Source of the DNA: Vicugna vicugna
Taxonomy: Eukaryota
Assembly: GCA_013265495.1 (NCBI GenBank)
Contig: MU058540.1
Coordinates: forward strand, 1,327,696 to 1,391,695
Reading direction: 5' to 3'
DNA length: 64,000 nt
Positions 1-13,663 of the stretch are shown one piece after another. The notes below the pieces were generated by a model. It did not search any database, was not told where the DNA came from, and saw only the letters and a list, made by a program, of their open reading frames with translations. Numbering within the stretch: the stretch's first letter is position 1; each line of letters opens with the position of its first letter. A program made the translations under genes and the position numbers.

Positions 1-865
1 ACTCATGCGGAAGGAACTACCTGAACATGACCACCAAACAATTATGACCATCTGATGTCAGTACAACCAATGGTAGCCTTCCTTCTATAAAGTTGAAGTA
101 GCCCATCACCTTTTAAACTTAACACAAACCTTATAACATAAAGATATTTAAGGATTTCAGATCTCATTTACATATTGAAATGTTCCTATAAAAAAGCATT
201 GCCCACACAAGTCACAGTCAGCTTAAGCTTAGCATTTCTTTTATTAAAAAAGAAATCTAATTTTCAAGGGGTACTCATATTTCTGATACTGGAGGGTTCT
301 AAAGATCAGAATTGAAGAGAGAGCATCTTAATGAGATCTTCTAAAAGCAAATGAGGCAGGCTTTTTGTTGTTGATTTTCCTTTTTGTCTCCTTGTCTCAC
401 TGAATGCCTTAAGAGTCTGTCCATATAGTCTTGGTCACTGATGCATCCTCACACCTACCTCATGGAAGAGGCTAAGAAAACATGAATTGAATGAATTCCC
501 CCATACAGATTATGATATATCTACAGATCTTAACGTTTTGCTTGATGGATATATTGCCATGCACATGGCTGTTACCCTGGGACACCATGCCGCTTCCAGG
601 TTTGTTGTTGCCGTAGGTTTTTGAGTGCAACATAAAAGACAGACATTCTAAGGTGGGGTCAATAGGCAAAAGGCAAGAGAACTGGTAGAAATACCAAGTA
701 TAACAGCATCTAAATAGAAGACACCTGCGTACAGTCTAGAACAGTCTATATAAAATCAGAGCTTCTCTTATAACGTAAGTCAAAACAAGGGGAGAAGAAT
801 GAGGAGGGGCAGTCCTGCACTACCTGGTTAGGAGAACATTCCGTAAACTGAAGAAGCTGGAAGAA

Positions 866-1093
866 NNNNNNNNNNNNNNNNNNNNNNNNNNNNNNNNNNN
901 NNNNNNNNNNNNNNNNNNNNNNNNNNNNNNNNNNNNNNNNNNNNNNNNNNNNNNNNNNNNNNNNNNNNNNNNNNNNNNNNNNNNNNNNNNNNNNNNNNNN
1001 NNNNNNNNNNNNNNNNNNNNNNNNNNNNNNNNNNNNNNNNNNNNNNNNNNNNNNNNNNNNNNNNNNNNNNNNNNNNNNNNNNNNNNNNNNNNN
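866..1093. other. Assembly gap (228 N)
   Basis: Run of N. Confidence 1.
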
Positions 1094-4000
1094 AAGAAGC
1101 AGCTGGAAGAACTTACAAAGCTTTTAAGAAATAAACAGTGTGGTTTACACACTGCACTCATTAAGTTTCCTAACCCATGGGACTATATCATATATTATGG
1201 TTTGTGAGCTTAATAAGGGAAGTTCCATGTCTAACATCTGAGAAAATTAAGTGAATAATGTGTAAGTATTTAATTTACATGTGAAATGTCCCTAAGGACC
1301 CACATGAGGCATTTAAGAAGGGCTGTTTCAAGTGGGAGAAACCATCATTAGCACGTGGTAACTGGACTATCATGTGACCTTAGCTTACTTCACAACTAGA
1401 ATCCCGCTGCATTAGAAGGAACCGTCACAGTGCAGGGGTATATTTCTCCAATGGAATTGTGGAAGAGGGCATTCTACTAGGAAAAGGGGAGAGATGTTAC
1501 TGTTTGTACATAGGCTAAAATGGGGACAGCCACTCAAGGTGCTTATTCCTTCCCAAGAGGCAAGTGTCCTATAGGAACTGTGTACCTTCTAGCAGGCAGG
1601 AACTCCCTGGGGAACACTGATTATTTAATCAACTACCTAAGAGTCGAACTGCCAGTCTCAGCTTGACCCTCATTCCCACACACTCTGGCAATGGAGAGGA
1701 CTTGGGGACCATATAACCTCTGCCTCCCTAAATCCTGAGAAGTGCCAAAACCCTGGAGCCAAAGTTTCCCTGTGAACCCTACCTAGTAGTGCCCAATAAC
1801 AAAGATCATAAACCTACTTTTGTTAATTTGTAACTATACTTTTCATAACTAATTTATAACTCTTACTGAAACTCAGACAAATCATTAATTATCTCTGGTC
1901 TTTAGTTTCCTCATCCATCCATAAAATGTAGCTAGTATTTCCCTCATAAAGTAATTTATATGAAAAACTACAATGCAATGCCTGACAAGCAGTAGGTATT
2001 AGACAACAGGTTGCCTTTATCTAAGAAGCAATAGTCTGAGAAAGAAAATAAAATAAAATGCTTGGGCTTGAAAATAAATCTGCCCAGGATCAAACATTTA
2101 GTGCCACTCAACCAAGAGAGTTAGAAACGTGTGTGGTGGGAGAAGAGGGGTGGCTGTGAAGATGAACATGGGAAGCTACAGGTATTTAGCCGGAGAGGGG
2201 CAAGGGTCTTATAAATACGTCCCACATAATGAAGAACTGTCCAAACAATGTGCCAACAGCACTCCTGTTGAGAGGCTGAAACAGTACAACCAATCTAAAA
2301 TGAGGGAAGACTCACTTTGTAAATTACTAAATACAGCAAATATCCCTTTTGAGGAAGAGAAATGAGCTCAAACAACATAAGCATTATAGTAAAAAAAAAA
2401 AAAAAAAAAAAAAGAGAGAGAGAATGGATTCTTCCTAGAAAATACCATCTAAAGACTTTTAGAGACCAGCCAATGAAAAACAAAATAAGCAAGCTCTTGT
2501 TGTTAAAACAGAAAGATGAGGCACAGAGAAGTTACCTAACCCGTCCAAGTCCATGCCCAGGCAACGTAGTCCTACATTCCAAACTCTTACCACTACACTA
2601 CACTCAATGAGCTAGCAAACTAAGAGTGAGCAGAAAAACTGGAGAGTCAATCCTGCCAAGGTTAACATGACACCTTATTTTTTTTTTCATATGTTCAGTT
2701 GCGGTTTTATGTATATTATAATCATTTTCTGCCAGTCTAACATCTCTGTTGTCACCACATGTTTTACAATCAATAGTAAACTGAATTCAAAAAAACATAG
2801 TAGCTTGTAAATAGAATTAAATTCTTTATTAGAGTAGATGAATGGTTTGCAAACACACTCCACAGAGCCCTGGAGGTCATCTCAGACAGAGAGCAGGGAA
2901 ATACAGTCCAAGGAAGCACCCATTCAATAAAGCCAATTTCATTTTTATCTTTTCTCTTTTTTGGAGGCATTCACATATGCTTTTATCAAGAAAGAGTTCC
3001 ACTGATTTAAGAAAAATGCTTGAAAATCATGGAATCAGATGAATTATTAAGATTCCTTGAAGTTACTAGAATTCAAAGTCCTGAAAAATAACTCACAGCT
3101 ATATGACCAAGAAAGGGTTTAATTTTTTTAGTGCCTCCAGAGCTAATATAATGTTTACTTCCAGAATTTGAGAAGGATGTTACTAGTATATATTTTAATG
3201 ACCCAAAGAATAATAATTATTTTTAACACTAAAAACACACACAAACAAGTCTTAAACATGGAAGAATGCTAAGAATAAGTATCTTTGCATTAAAGAATTT
3301 TTTTAAGTCATATATGTAGTCTTCCTCCTCCCTTAAAACAATGACATTCATTTACAAATTTATTAATGAGCCACTCTCTGCTCTGTACTGGGCTCAGCTT
3401 TTTCAAGAGTTACAAAGATAAATGAGACACATATCACCTAAAGTTTTTAAGGTGATATTAGACATTAATCAAAGTAACTGGGCAGAAAGAGGTAAAATGC
3501 CAAAAAGATGCAAAGGCATCAGAGGGAAAGAGATGACGCAACAGAGCTCAGCAGTGGAAGAAACTACTTCCAGCTGTGCAAGTAAAAAGATTCTGAGGAG
3601 AGGTGGCCTGAAAACAGTTCAAAACAGAAGAGACAAATAATTTCTCTGCATTTTGATTGTTTACATGATTGTTATATGATGTTGATTTGTTATTCAACAA
3701 ATACTTCACTGTCTAGTAGGAGAAAAGGATAGGTAAACAAACACCTAAAATACAATGTGTTAATTATAATAACAAGGTTGTACATAATAGAAATAGAAAA
3801 GGAGGGAGAAATTCCTTCAGGTAGTGGGGAGAGTAAGAAACTGGAGAAGAGGGAAAGAGAAAAGGTGACTTCACCAGGGCCCTGAGGATGAGCAGGGGTT
3901 TGCTGTAAAGAAAGAGATATTTCAGGCAATGGGAACAATATAAGCAAGGGCATGAAGAAGTCAAATTATGTGGTGTCTTTCAGAATTAGCTGTGGGGACT

Positions 4001-4668
4001 AAAGAGGTGACTGAAGATGAAAATGAGAGAAGCTAGGCCAGATTGTGAGGAGCTTTAAGCCCCATGCTAAGGAGTTTGGCTTCATTACAATATGCACAAC
4101 ATTTTCAGGCAAAGACTGACATCACATAGGATGTTGCTATGAGATACGCTTTCTACTATTAAAATTTTTCCAGGCTAAAAAAAATATTTTAAATTTCCAC
4201 TGGTTGCAAAGACATACATGAGAATATTAATTCCAGGACTCTGTGAAATAACTTCAAAGGTCCCACTGCCATAAGTCCAGTTAGGAGCTCCCTGAGGACA
4301 GAAACTATTTATTATTTATTTTTATCTGGATCTCAGGACACTGAATACAGAGAAGCCAATAGGAATTAGTCTGTGATTAAGGATGATACGACAGAACAAA
4401 AGATGACTCCAAATTTCTAGACTGATCATCTCAGTGGGGTGCTGACAAGAATATAAGTTTTGCCTGGAAGATGTTAAAATTCAAAATCTACAGAGTATCT
4501 ATGGGTTATGTCTACAAGCATTTAAAATACAGGTTTGAAGGTTCAGAAAGATTGTGCATCTATAGGCATGAAATTGGCACTGCCATGTATCCTGCACTGA
4601 TGAGAGCTGAAGCCACATGGATGGCTGTGGTCACTGAGCAGGAAGAGGCCCCAGCTCAGAATCTAGTA

Positions 4669-7042
4669 CAGACGTATAGTGGAGATACTGCGGGTTTGGT
4701 TCCAGATCAACGCAATGCAGGTATTATTGCCATAAAGTGAGTCACGCAAATATTTTGATTTCCCGGTGTATCTAGAAGGTATGTTTATAATATACTATAG
4801 TCTCTTAAGTGTGCAATAGCGTTACGTCTAGAAAAACAATGTACACACCTTAATTTAAAAAACTAGTGTCAAAAACCAGTAACTATCACTCTGAACCTTC
4901 AATAAGTTGTAATCTTTTTTGCTGGTGGAGGGTCTTGCCTCAGTGTTGAGGGCTGCTGGCTGATGAATGCGGTGGTTGCTGAAGGCTGGCGCAGCTGGGG
5001 CAGTTTCTTAGAGTAAGACAACAATGAAGTTTGCCGCATCAACTGACTCCTTCTTTCACAAATGATTTCTCTGTAGCGTGCAGTGCTGTTTGATAGCATT
5101 TTGCCCACGGTGGACCTTCTTGCAAAATTAGGAGCCAGTCCTCTCAAACCCTGCCACTGCTTTATCAACTAAGTTTATGTAATATTCCGAGTCCTTTATT
5201 ATCACTTCTATAGTTATCACAGCATCTTCACCAGAAGCAGATTCCACCTCAGGAAACCACTTTTCTTTGCTCATCCACAAGAAGTAACTCTGCAACCGTT
5301 CAAGTTTTAGCCTGAGATTGCTGCGATTCAGTCACATCTTGAGGCTCCACTTCTAGTTCTCTTGCTTCATCCGCCACATCTGCGGTTACTTCCTCTGCTG
5401 AAGTCTTGAACCCCTCGATGTCATCCAGGAGGGTTGCAATCAACTTCGTCCAAACTCCTGTTCATGTTGATATTCTGACCTCTTCCCATGAATCACCAAT
5501 GTTCTTAATGGCACCTAGAATGGTGAATCCTTTCCAGAGGGATTTACTTTGTCTAGATCCATCAGAGGAATCACTATGGCAGCTACAGCCTCATGAAATG
5601 TATTTCTCAAAGAACTTGAAAGACTTGGAAGTTGAAATGACTCCTTGATCCATGGCTGCAGAATGGATGTTGTGTTGGCAGGCATGAAAACAATATGAAT
5701 GTCATGGGGTATCTCCATCAGAGCTCTTGGGTGATTAGGAGCATTGTCCATGAGCAGTCATATTTTGAAAGGAATCTTTCTCTGAGCAATAGGTCTTAAT
5801 AGTAAACCATGTTGTAAACAGATGTGCATTCATCCAGGCTTTGTTGTTCCAATTACAGAGCATAGGCAGAGTAGATTTAGCAAAATTTGTAAGGGCCCTA
5901 GGGTTTTCAGAATGGTAAATGAGCATGAAATTGGCTTCAATTTTAAAGCCACCAGCTGCTTACAAGAGGGTCATCCTCTCCTTTGAAGCTTTGAAGCCTT
6001 GAAGCCAGGCCTTGACTTCTCTCTAGCCATGAAATTCCTCGATGGTATCTTCTTCTAATAAAAGGCTTGTTTTACCTACATTGAAAATCTGTTGTTTAGA
6101 GTCACCTTCTTAGCTAGATCTTCTGGATAACGTACTGCCGCTTCTACATCAGCACTGGCCGCTTCACCTCGCACTTTTCTGTTACGGAGATGGCTTCTTT
6201 CCTTAAACTTTAAGACCCAACCTCTGGTCGCTTTAACCTTTTTTCCTGCCGTTTCCTCACCTCTCCATTTTCACAGAGTTGGAGAGAGTCAGGGCCTTGC
6301 TCTGCATTAGGCTTTGGCTTAAGGGAATGTTGTGGCTGTTTGGTTTGATCTGCTATCCAGATCACCCAAACTTTTTCCATATCAGCAATAAGGCAGGTTC
6401 ACTTTCTTATGACTTGTGTGTTCACTGGAGTAGCACTTTTCATTTCCATCAACGACTTTTCCTTTGCTTTCACAACTTGGCTGCTTGGTACAAGCAACCT
6501 GGCTTCTGGTCTGTCTTGGCTTCCGACATGCCTTCCTCACTGAGCTTAATCATGTCTAGGTTTTCTTTCAAAGTGAGACGTGTGTGACTCTTCCTTTCAC
6601 TTGAACACGTAGAGACCACTGTAGGGTTATCAGTTAGCCTAATTTCAATATTGTTGTGTCTCAGGGAATAGGGAGGCCCAAGGAGAGGAAGAGACATGGG
6701 GAAATGGCTGTTTGGTGGAGTGGTCAGAACACACACAACATATGTCAGTTAAGTTCGCAGTCTTATGTCGGTTCAGTTCATGGCATCCCAAAACAATCAC
6801 AATAGAAACATCAAAGATCACTGATCACAGATCACTGTAACAAATATAATAATAATGAAAAAGTTGGAAATATTGTGAAAATTACCAAAATGTGACACAG
6901 ACACAAAGTGAGTAATTACTGTTGGAAAAATGGTACCAACAGACTTCCTTACTGCAGGGTTGTCATAAACCTTCAATTCATAAAAAACGCGATCATCTGT
7001 GAAGCACAACAAAGTAAAGAGCAATAAAACACGGTATGTCTA
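4669..7042 (-). mobile_element. Full-length decayed Tigger1-family (TcMar/pogo) DNA transposon, copy A, in ILRUN intron 3
   Basis: About 2.37 kb with TA on both flanks (4667-4668, 7043-7044) and degenerate CAGGCATACC-type TIRs. Frameshifted transposase remnants: ERKSHTRLTLKENLDMIKLSEEGMS (HTH region), [17 protein letters not shown] and DNAPNHP..VFMPANTTSILQP (DDE region). Confidence 0.93.
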
Positions 7043-7765
7043 TAGTTCCAGGGCAAAGATGAGACCAGACAAAGACTATTCAGAGGAGGAGAAGCAAGAG
7101 AGGTAATCATATGAGTCTAGGAAGGGACATACATCGAGAAACACTTGGAATTTGGTGCCAAGTCATGGCAGGCCAGTTAATGAGAAGACTGTAAAGTGGC
7201 TACTGGATTGGGAAACTGGGTAGTGGCTAATAAACATTTCACTGGAGTGGGTAAAGGATTGAATGGGTGGAAGAATAAAAGGAAAATGGGAAGAATAGAC
7301 AGTGAGGGTAAATCAATGTGTTCAAAAAGTACAATAAAGAGAAGGAGCAAAAGACATCAGTAGCTTGACAGGCTGTCAGGTGGATAGAAGTATGCACATT
7401 TTGTGCATTATCTTTTTTTATATGACTTGTGTCTAGAGACTCTGAGAACAAGTACTGCCTTCAGTATTCTTACAGCATCTATCAGATTATATAATAAAAA
7501 CAGTAGCACTACTAACTCCTTGTTTAGAATGCAACATATATTTCATTTACTTTGCTAAATTTTAACTAAATTCCTAGTGTAAAGAGAGTGCTAGACTGAA
7601 CAAATTAGAGAATCATTAAATTTAAGTCATTTACCTGTATGGGGTGACTGCTTACAAGAGACCACACCCTGCTATGTAATTTGACAGGCTCTGTGAGCAA
7701 TACTGGGGATGCTGAAAGATGTTACCTTAATTCCTTCACCCTGGGCTGCCCAAGGACATACTCAC

Positions 7766-7963
7766 CTCCATAGTAGAGTCCTGTAGCAGTGCACATCCGC
7801 CACTGTCCCTGATACATTCCTGCTCTGCTGGGGCTGCACATCTGGACGCTGACATCTGCAATCTCTTGGGGCTCTAGCGATCTCACCATCACCATGTTCA
7901 CATGTCCAAATTGGTCTCCCCCGACATATTTAAGACAAACCCCTGGAGGCCAGGCCTCTGCCC
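7766..7963 (-). CDS. ILRUN: ILRUN coding exon 3, 198 nt, NBR1-like FW domain
   Basis: CAG|GG acceptor at 7964/7963. Translates (G)AEAWPPGVCLKYVGGDQFGHVNMVMVRSLEPQEIADVSVQMCSPSRAGMYQGQWRMCTATGLYYG (inside ORF 7722-7997). Donor G|GTGAG at 7766/7765. Confidence 0.97.
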
Positions 7964-9019
7964 CTGAGTTCAAGCAAAAGAAAAAAATGTTAGGCAATCA
8001 GTGGTCCTATGCTGGGTGCAGTTCATTACAAAACTGTAGAAGAGGCCTCTTTGTCTCTCACACATACTTAAACCTATCCACATATCCTTGAGCTATATGA
8101 CATCTTACACGACTGATCAGAATTATCAGAATCAACAACCTCTGACCAACAGTCTATCCCTAAGAGAAAGCACAAAAGGCAAAAGCAAAGCAGTTCCTCA
8201 AGAAGGTAGGTTTGAGGTGACCCCAGGGAAGGCCACATATCACACTGAATCTGTAGACTCTAAGAATGATGTCCGAAAAGAGTCATGGAAATGAAGCACA
8301 AGGCCTCATCTTTGGAGGACTGCTTTCTCCACTAAGAAGTTAACACATGTCCATTTTCACTCTAAATTTTTAAGCTGACATTCAAAGTAAACATATGTCT
8401 GACTGTCCCCAGTTTTTCCACTGAAGCAAGAGGATGAAATACATGAGGAGTAATTTCTGTATTATTCTGATTTTAAAATTGCTTTTTCCCTGATCTATGA
8501 CTTTTCTTCTGGAGTCCCTAACTATGAAAAGATCGAGGCTCAAGATACTCTGCAAATAAGACAGAGGAGTCAAGTGACGGTTTCATTTTCAGATTGAAAT
8601 AGTAATCGGGAAAATATGAACAGTGGAGTGAACTCCCCTGATAACAGCACAATGACCCTAGGTCTGAGGGCTGATGACACCAGCCAGAGGTGCTTGTAGA
8701 AAGAAAAGAAATGGCAAGATAGAAAACTGGCTTTGGCAGAAATGTCTTTCCCTTCTTTGTAAGTGGTATGGACCTTCTTTGGTTGTATGCCTTACTAATT
8801 CAAATGCAAAATCTATACACTGACTTCTTCTGACCAGTCATAGTTGCCACACAGTGATTAAATGTGATCTTTCCTGTGAAGTCTCTCCTATATATATATA
8901 TACTCCTTCTTACTGTAGACAGAAACCTCTGCATCTTTTAAAACATATATTAATATACATTTATGTTATATATATTAATATATATAAATATAAACTCATT
9001 ATAAAAATAATCACTATGA

Positions 9020-9150
9020 GGGGGAGGGTATAGCTCAAGTGGTAGAGCACGTGCTTAGCATACACAAGGTCCTGGGTTCAATCCCCAGTACCTCCTCTAA
9101 AATAAGTAAGTAAACCTAATTACCCCCTCAACAAAAAATAAAAAATAATA
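9020..9150 (+). mobile_element. tRNA-derived SINE (camelid vic-1-like)
   Basis: GGGGAGGGTATAGCTCAAGTGGTAGAGC (A box), GGTTCAATCCC (B box), A-rich tail; 11-bp TSD AATCACTATGA at 9009-9019 and 9151-9161. Confidence 0.9.
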
Positions 9151-12100
9151 AATCACTATGAAAAGCTGGATACAGCAGGACTCTCAGGACACAGCATGCT
9201 TGAAACTTCTAACAGTACTCAAGGATACTTCAGCACCTTATTCTCGAAGTACCAGCTGGTTTTGATACACTCGATGGCTTACTACTGAAAAGAGAACCAG
9301 AGAGAAAAGCAACCAATGCTCTACTGCTGAGATCTCAGCCCCATAATGAACAGCATCTTCTGTGCCTCCTGGATCTTAGGGGTAGCAGATGAAGCAGTGG
9401 TCACTAAAAGTGCCCTCTTAAGTTAACACTATAAAATTCAACTGCTGCTGGTGGAAAGTTTGTGGATGATATACTAGCAATACAGGCAAATTCTGTTTTT
9501 CATTTCTGGGGCCTGTGGCCTGGCAAAAGCATCATTTGTCTTAGGTCAAGAACAGTACCAGCCGACATGAAGCACCTTAGAAAACATCAGTCTTTAAAGA
9601 CTAAGATCCAAAAGGAAAATTAAACTACTGTTATAGAGCTGAATTCACAATTATCTTTAAAACATATACACATACATCTGTAACAAGACAATATCCATTT
9701 ATATGAAAACCCAAGAATGTCTGTTTTTGAACTTTTAAGGAAACATGGAAAACCAAAACTGTCTTGAGTATGGGAAATACTTGGCTGTCCTGGGCAGACA
9801 ACCACAAGCAGCTGAGACAGTTGGATCTCTCACCAATGCAAAAGAGGGAGTACTGCTATATTCTCAGGAGACTGAGTTGGTAAATCATTAAATGATTAAC
9901 AATTATGCAGCTACGGTCCTGATCTTTTTAGTATGTCAGACCCTACTGATGTGGTACTTGGAGAATCTTTTAAAGAAAGAAGTAGAAAAGTTATGCACCA
10001 TCAACTCGAAAGTATTAATTTGCTATAAAATGAAGAACCAATCATCTGCCTTCTGAGAATTACCAACAGTTCGCTATAACATATAGTTCTTACAGCTCCA
10101 ATTGTCAGCTCAGGCATCTCTGAGAAGATCAATGACACTGACTCGATACAGAAGGAAGGGAAATACTGATGAGAATGTTTGGTCTACCACACTAAGCAAA
10201 CCTGAAAAATCTGGATTTGAGAAGTATAACATACAACAGGGTTTCAAATTAAGTCTGTTACAAACTGGCTTAATGAGGGAGATATATATCTAGAAGAAAG
10301 ACTAATGTGTGTTCTATGACTTTCCAAGGTAAGTATCTCAAGCACACATATGACTAAGGCTGTGATTCTCCAGTTATCATGGAATATAATTTTATTTTTT
10401 TAAAAGTCAAAACAAAACAAAAGAACCTGTTGGGTGGCAATTCTGAGACGATAGAGAGCATAGCAAAATGAAATAAAAGTCCATCAGTTCCAGAAAGCCT
10501 GGGTGTAAAAGATTACAGAAATAGTTTGGAGACAATAAGGAACATTCAAAGAGCAATACAGACAACAAGCCTCAAAGAAGATACTCTTTTTAGCCCCTAT
10601 AAGTCTGGAGACTGCATTTCAAATAAAGCTAAATGCAAACACGGACTGTCATTGATCTTGTCACCATTTTCTTCTGATAAAATAACTGGAACATAATAAA
10701 ATTTGTTGAATGAATGAAGCTGAATTATCTTCTCTACAGTTATACTGAAAAGAAAGGTAGAAACTTAACTATTTTAAGGAGCCAAAAGAAAAATGGAGGG
10801 AATGGCTGTTCTTTCTCAAATCTTTTATCCCCAATTCTTGTTTATATTGACTTCTATACGGTTCAGAAAATAAAGATGACTCTGAAGCCACTCTCTCATA
10901 TGACAATCACAACTACTTCCTTAAAGTCAGAGAAACACCAGTTATAATACGCTTAGTTTAACATTCACTGCATACAGCTGGACAACAAAGCATGGTTGTA
11001 ACAACTGAGAAGCTGTAAGTGTTGGTACTTTCATCTTCAGAGGGACGGTTTCAATTTTTCATTTTAAACTCCAGTTGTAAGGATTCCTGCTCAAGTTTCC
11101 CAAACTTCTAAAACTTATATAGTGCCAAAAGTTTGGATTCTGGAATTCTGTATTTATGTCATTAAATATCTTACTTCTGTTTTTTCTATGGTCTGATTCT
11201 AAGGACCTACAACAGTATTAGGCGTTCAATTTTAAACAATGTGTGACATTTATCTTCTTTGGGGAAGCTGCTGGGACAGCTATATGCAGTTCCTATCAAT
11301 CTCACCATTGTAAATCTAAATGCCTGGTATGCCTAAAACATGACAACAGAGAGGCCCCATGAAAATTATTCATGAAACTCTTTTGGTGAGCACTATCTCT
11401 TAGAGAAGGTCATGAATGACAGTAAGAAAGCCAGAGGAGAAAGAGCTAAGGTCTACCCTAGCTCTGTGTTTCTACTCTATTACCAGAAAGAACTCAGGCC
11501 AGATCAGGATGATGCTGCAGAACCAGTGCATGTGCGTGCTTTCCCTCTCTCTCTAGTAATGTATGTCACTTAGTTATGGAAGGCCAATTTCTCTTTAATC
11601 AAATGGAGAGCATTTAGTTTACAGATACAAAACTGTTTTACAACTGATGGAACACTTTCAGAAGAAAAAGAACCTATTTGTTAAAAGTACCCTGAAAGGT
11701 AAAATCTCTAGCAACTGTTGCCCAACTTTTCAAGAGGTGTACAGGAACAAAAATGTCCTTTTATAAGAAGAAAGGCTGCAGATCCAGAGGTTGTTTTAAA
11801 CTGGAGTTACTGTGCAAAGGGAGGAGGAAAAAGCAGCCAGCCCCAACAAAACAGATTTTCTCCAAGTCAAGGAGAAAGGCAAGCTCTTTGGGGTTCTAAT
11901 TTGACATTCTATTCATTTTACATCAATCCCCATTAACCAATCTCCCAATAACCCAAAGAAATGTGTAGTGAGTGAGTAGATACATTAAGAGGCTTTCTGA
12001 AATATAAAATGGTTATTCTGGAACCAGAAATGTAAAACATTTCAACAGTATTCTAAGAACTTTTAATATTTAAAACCACTATAATGAACTCATGGAAAGC

Positions 12101-13663
12101 CAGAACATCTCCAGGGTTTTCATTATTAAGTAAACATGGTCTTGTGTTAATTTTTTTAAATAAACAAAAATTTTAACAAATTATACTTTCTAAACAAACA
12201 TTACTCATTTTAAAAATTCATGTCTTGGATTCAAAAGCATTTTTGATCAATAATACAGATTTTAGTAATTCAGAGAAGAAACATAATGAATATAAACTGA
12301 CCTAAAGAGATTTTTTTAAAGAATATTTTTAAAAGCAGGCAACATTAAGAAAGATGAGAAATTAGGCAAAGTAAAGATAATCAAACTCTGAAAAAGAATT
12401 TCACAAAAAATGGAAAATGTTTTCCCATATTACCATGTGCCTCTCAAACTAACAATGCACCACATTGTTATAACCAAAAAAGAAAAGAAGCTAATGAAAA
12501 TTTACAAAGCCACTGATGTCCCCAGTCATCTACAACACTGGGTCAATCCAGATTATGTATATTTGATCAGTGACACACCAAACCTCCATCCAAGCTAGTT
12601 ACTTCCAAATAAGCCAGAAAAACCAAGCATAACAATTTGGTATGTTAATTATATATAAAAGGCTAATTTAGACAGTCTTTCCCCATTATAAAAGAACTGA
12701 AGTATAAAGAACTGAAAAGCAAATAAAGGGTACGTTAGTAGGTTTGAGTCCCCAGAGTTTTGTATCATCTCATATCAGATTACCTTGATAGACAGGGTTC
12801 CCCAACTCCCACAAATTTTTAGCTAAATACTCCTTTTACCTAGTTTCCTATCTCTTAGAATTTCTTTGTAAGTCCTCATTAATAAGTAGTTTAAAGCATC
12901 CTCACCTAGTCAGCATAAATTGTTATTAGATAGGACAAGAAATACTAAACTCATTCAAATTTAAAAAGTTATTAGAAAAGACTTTATCAAGTTAAAAAAG
13001 TAACAACAGTTACTAGATACATATTCAGATATTATTTTCAAAGAACTACAGTTAATTTATGTTAAATTTTTCTTAAAGTCAGCAGTATATCAAAAGAATG
13101 CTTTAAAAAAAACAATTTCTCAATCTTTCCATCTTTTCCATTCTGGGCAAATCACTACACTTCTTACCCTATTTTTCAAAATGGTGTTAACATCTGAAAT
13201 AGATAGCTCAATGAAAATTTCAGATAGTCATCCTTGTGGTTGCAAAGAAATGAGCTTTCAACAGAGCAGATGCTCACAGTTCTAACTACCTTGTTTTATT
13301 CAAGGATGTACTTCCTCTAGCCTACTGGAAATAACTGCAAAATTAATTAGAGCAGAAATAAAATGATGGAATAAAAATGTACAGGTGGAGACACCACCAC
13401 CACAACACACAGACCTGGCTCCCAGTTTCAAAAGAATATTGAATTGTGTTTAAATGTCATCAAGACCCAAATACCTCCTAACCTATGGGATAGATTATTT
13501 CATTGATATTTGGGTCATCACGCTAGTGTAAGAAAATGCTACATCACGTATAGGAAAAAGCTCAGTTATACAATCACGTACTTCAAACTAAAACACTTTC
13601 TTATTTTTTTTAACTGCCAAGGAACGGAAAACGGAGCAAGAAAGATTGCTTATTATACATTAC

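Noticed and set aside
820..1161. 113-aa ORF
   Set aside because: It runs through the N gap.
4795..7009. Simple assembly collapse as the cause of the identity
   Set aside because: Copies about 27% diverged would not be merged by an assembler, and the arms retain a substitution and a 3-bp indel. Residual differences could still be underestimated, so long-read confirmation is needed.
7722..7997. Stand-alone 91-aa gene
   Set aside because: It is ILRUN exon 3 plus read-through into flanking intron, bounded by canonical splice sites.
9020..9095. tRNA gene
   Set aside because: It has A and B boxes but also a SINE-specific tail, a target-site duplication and several diverged copies in the window, so it is a tRNA-derived SINE.
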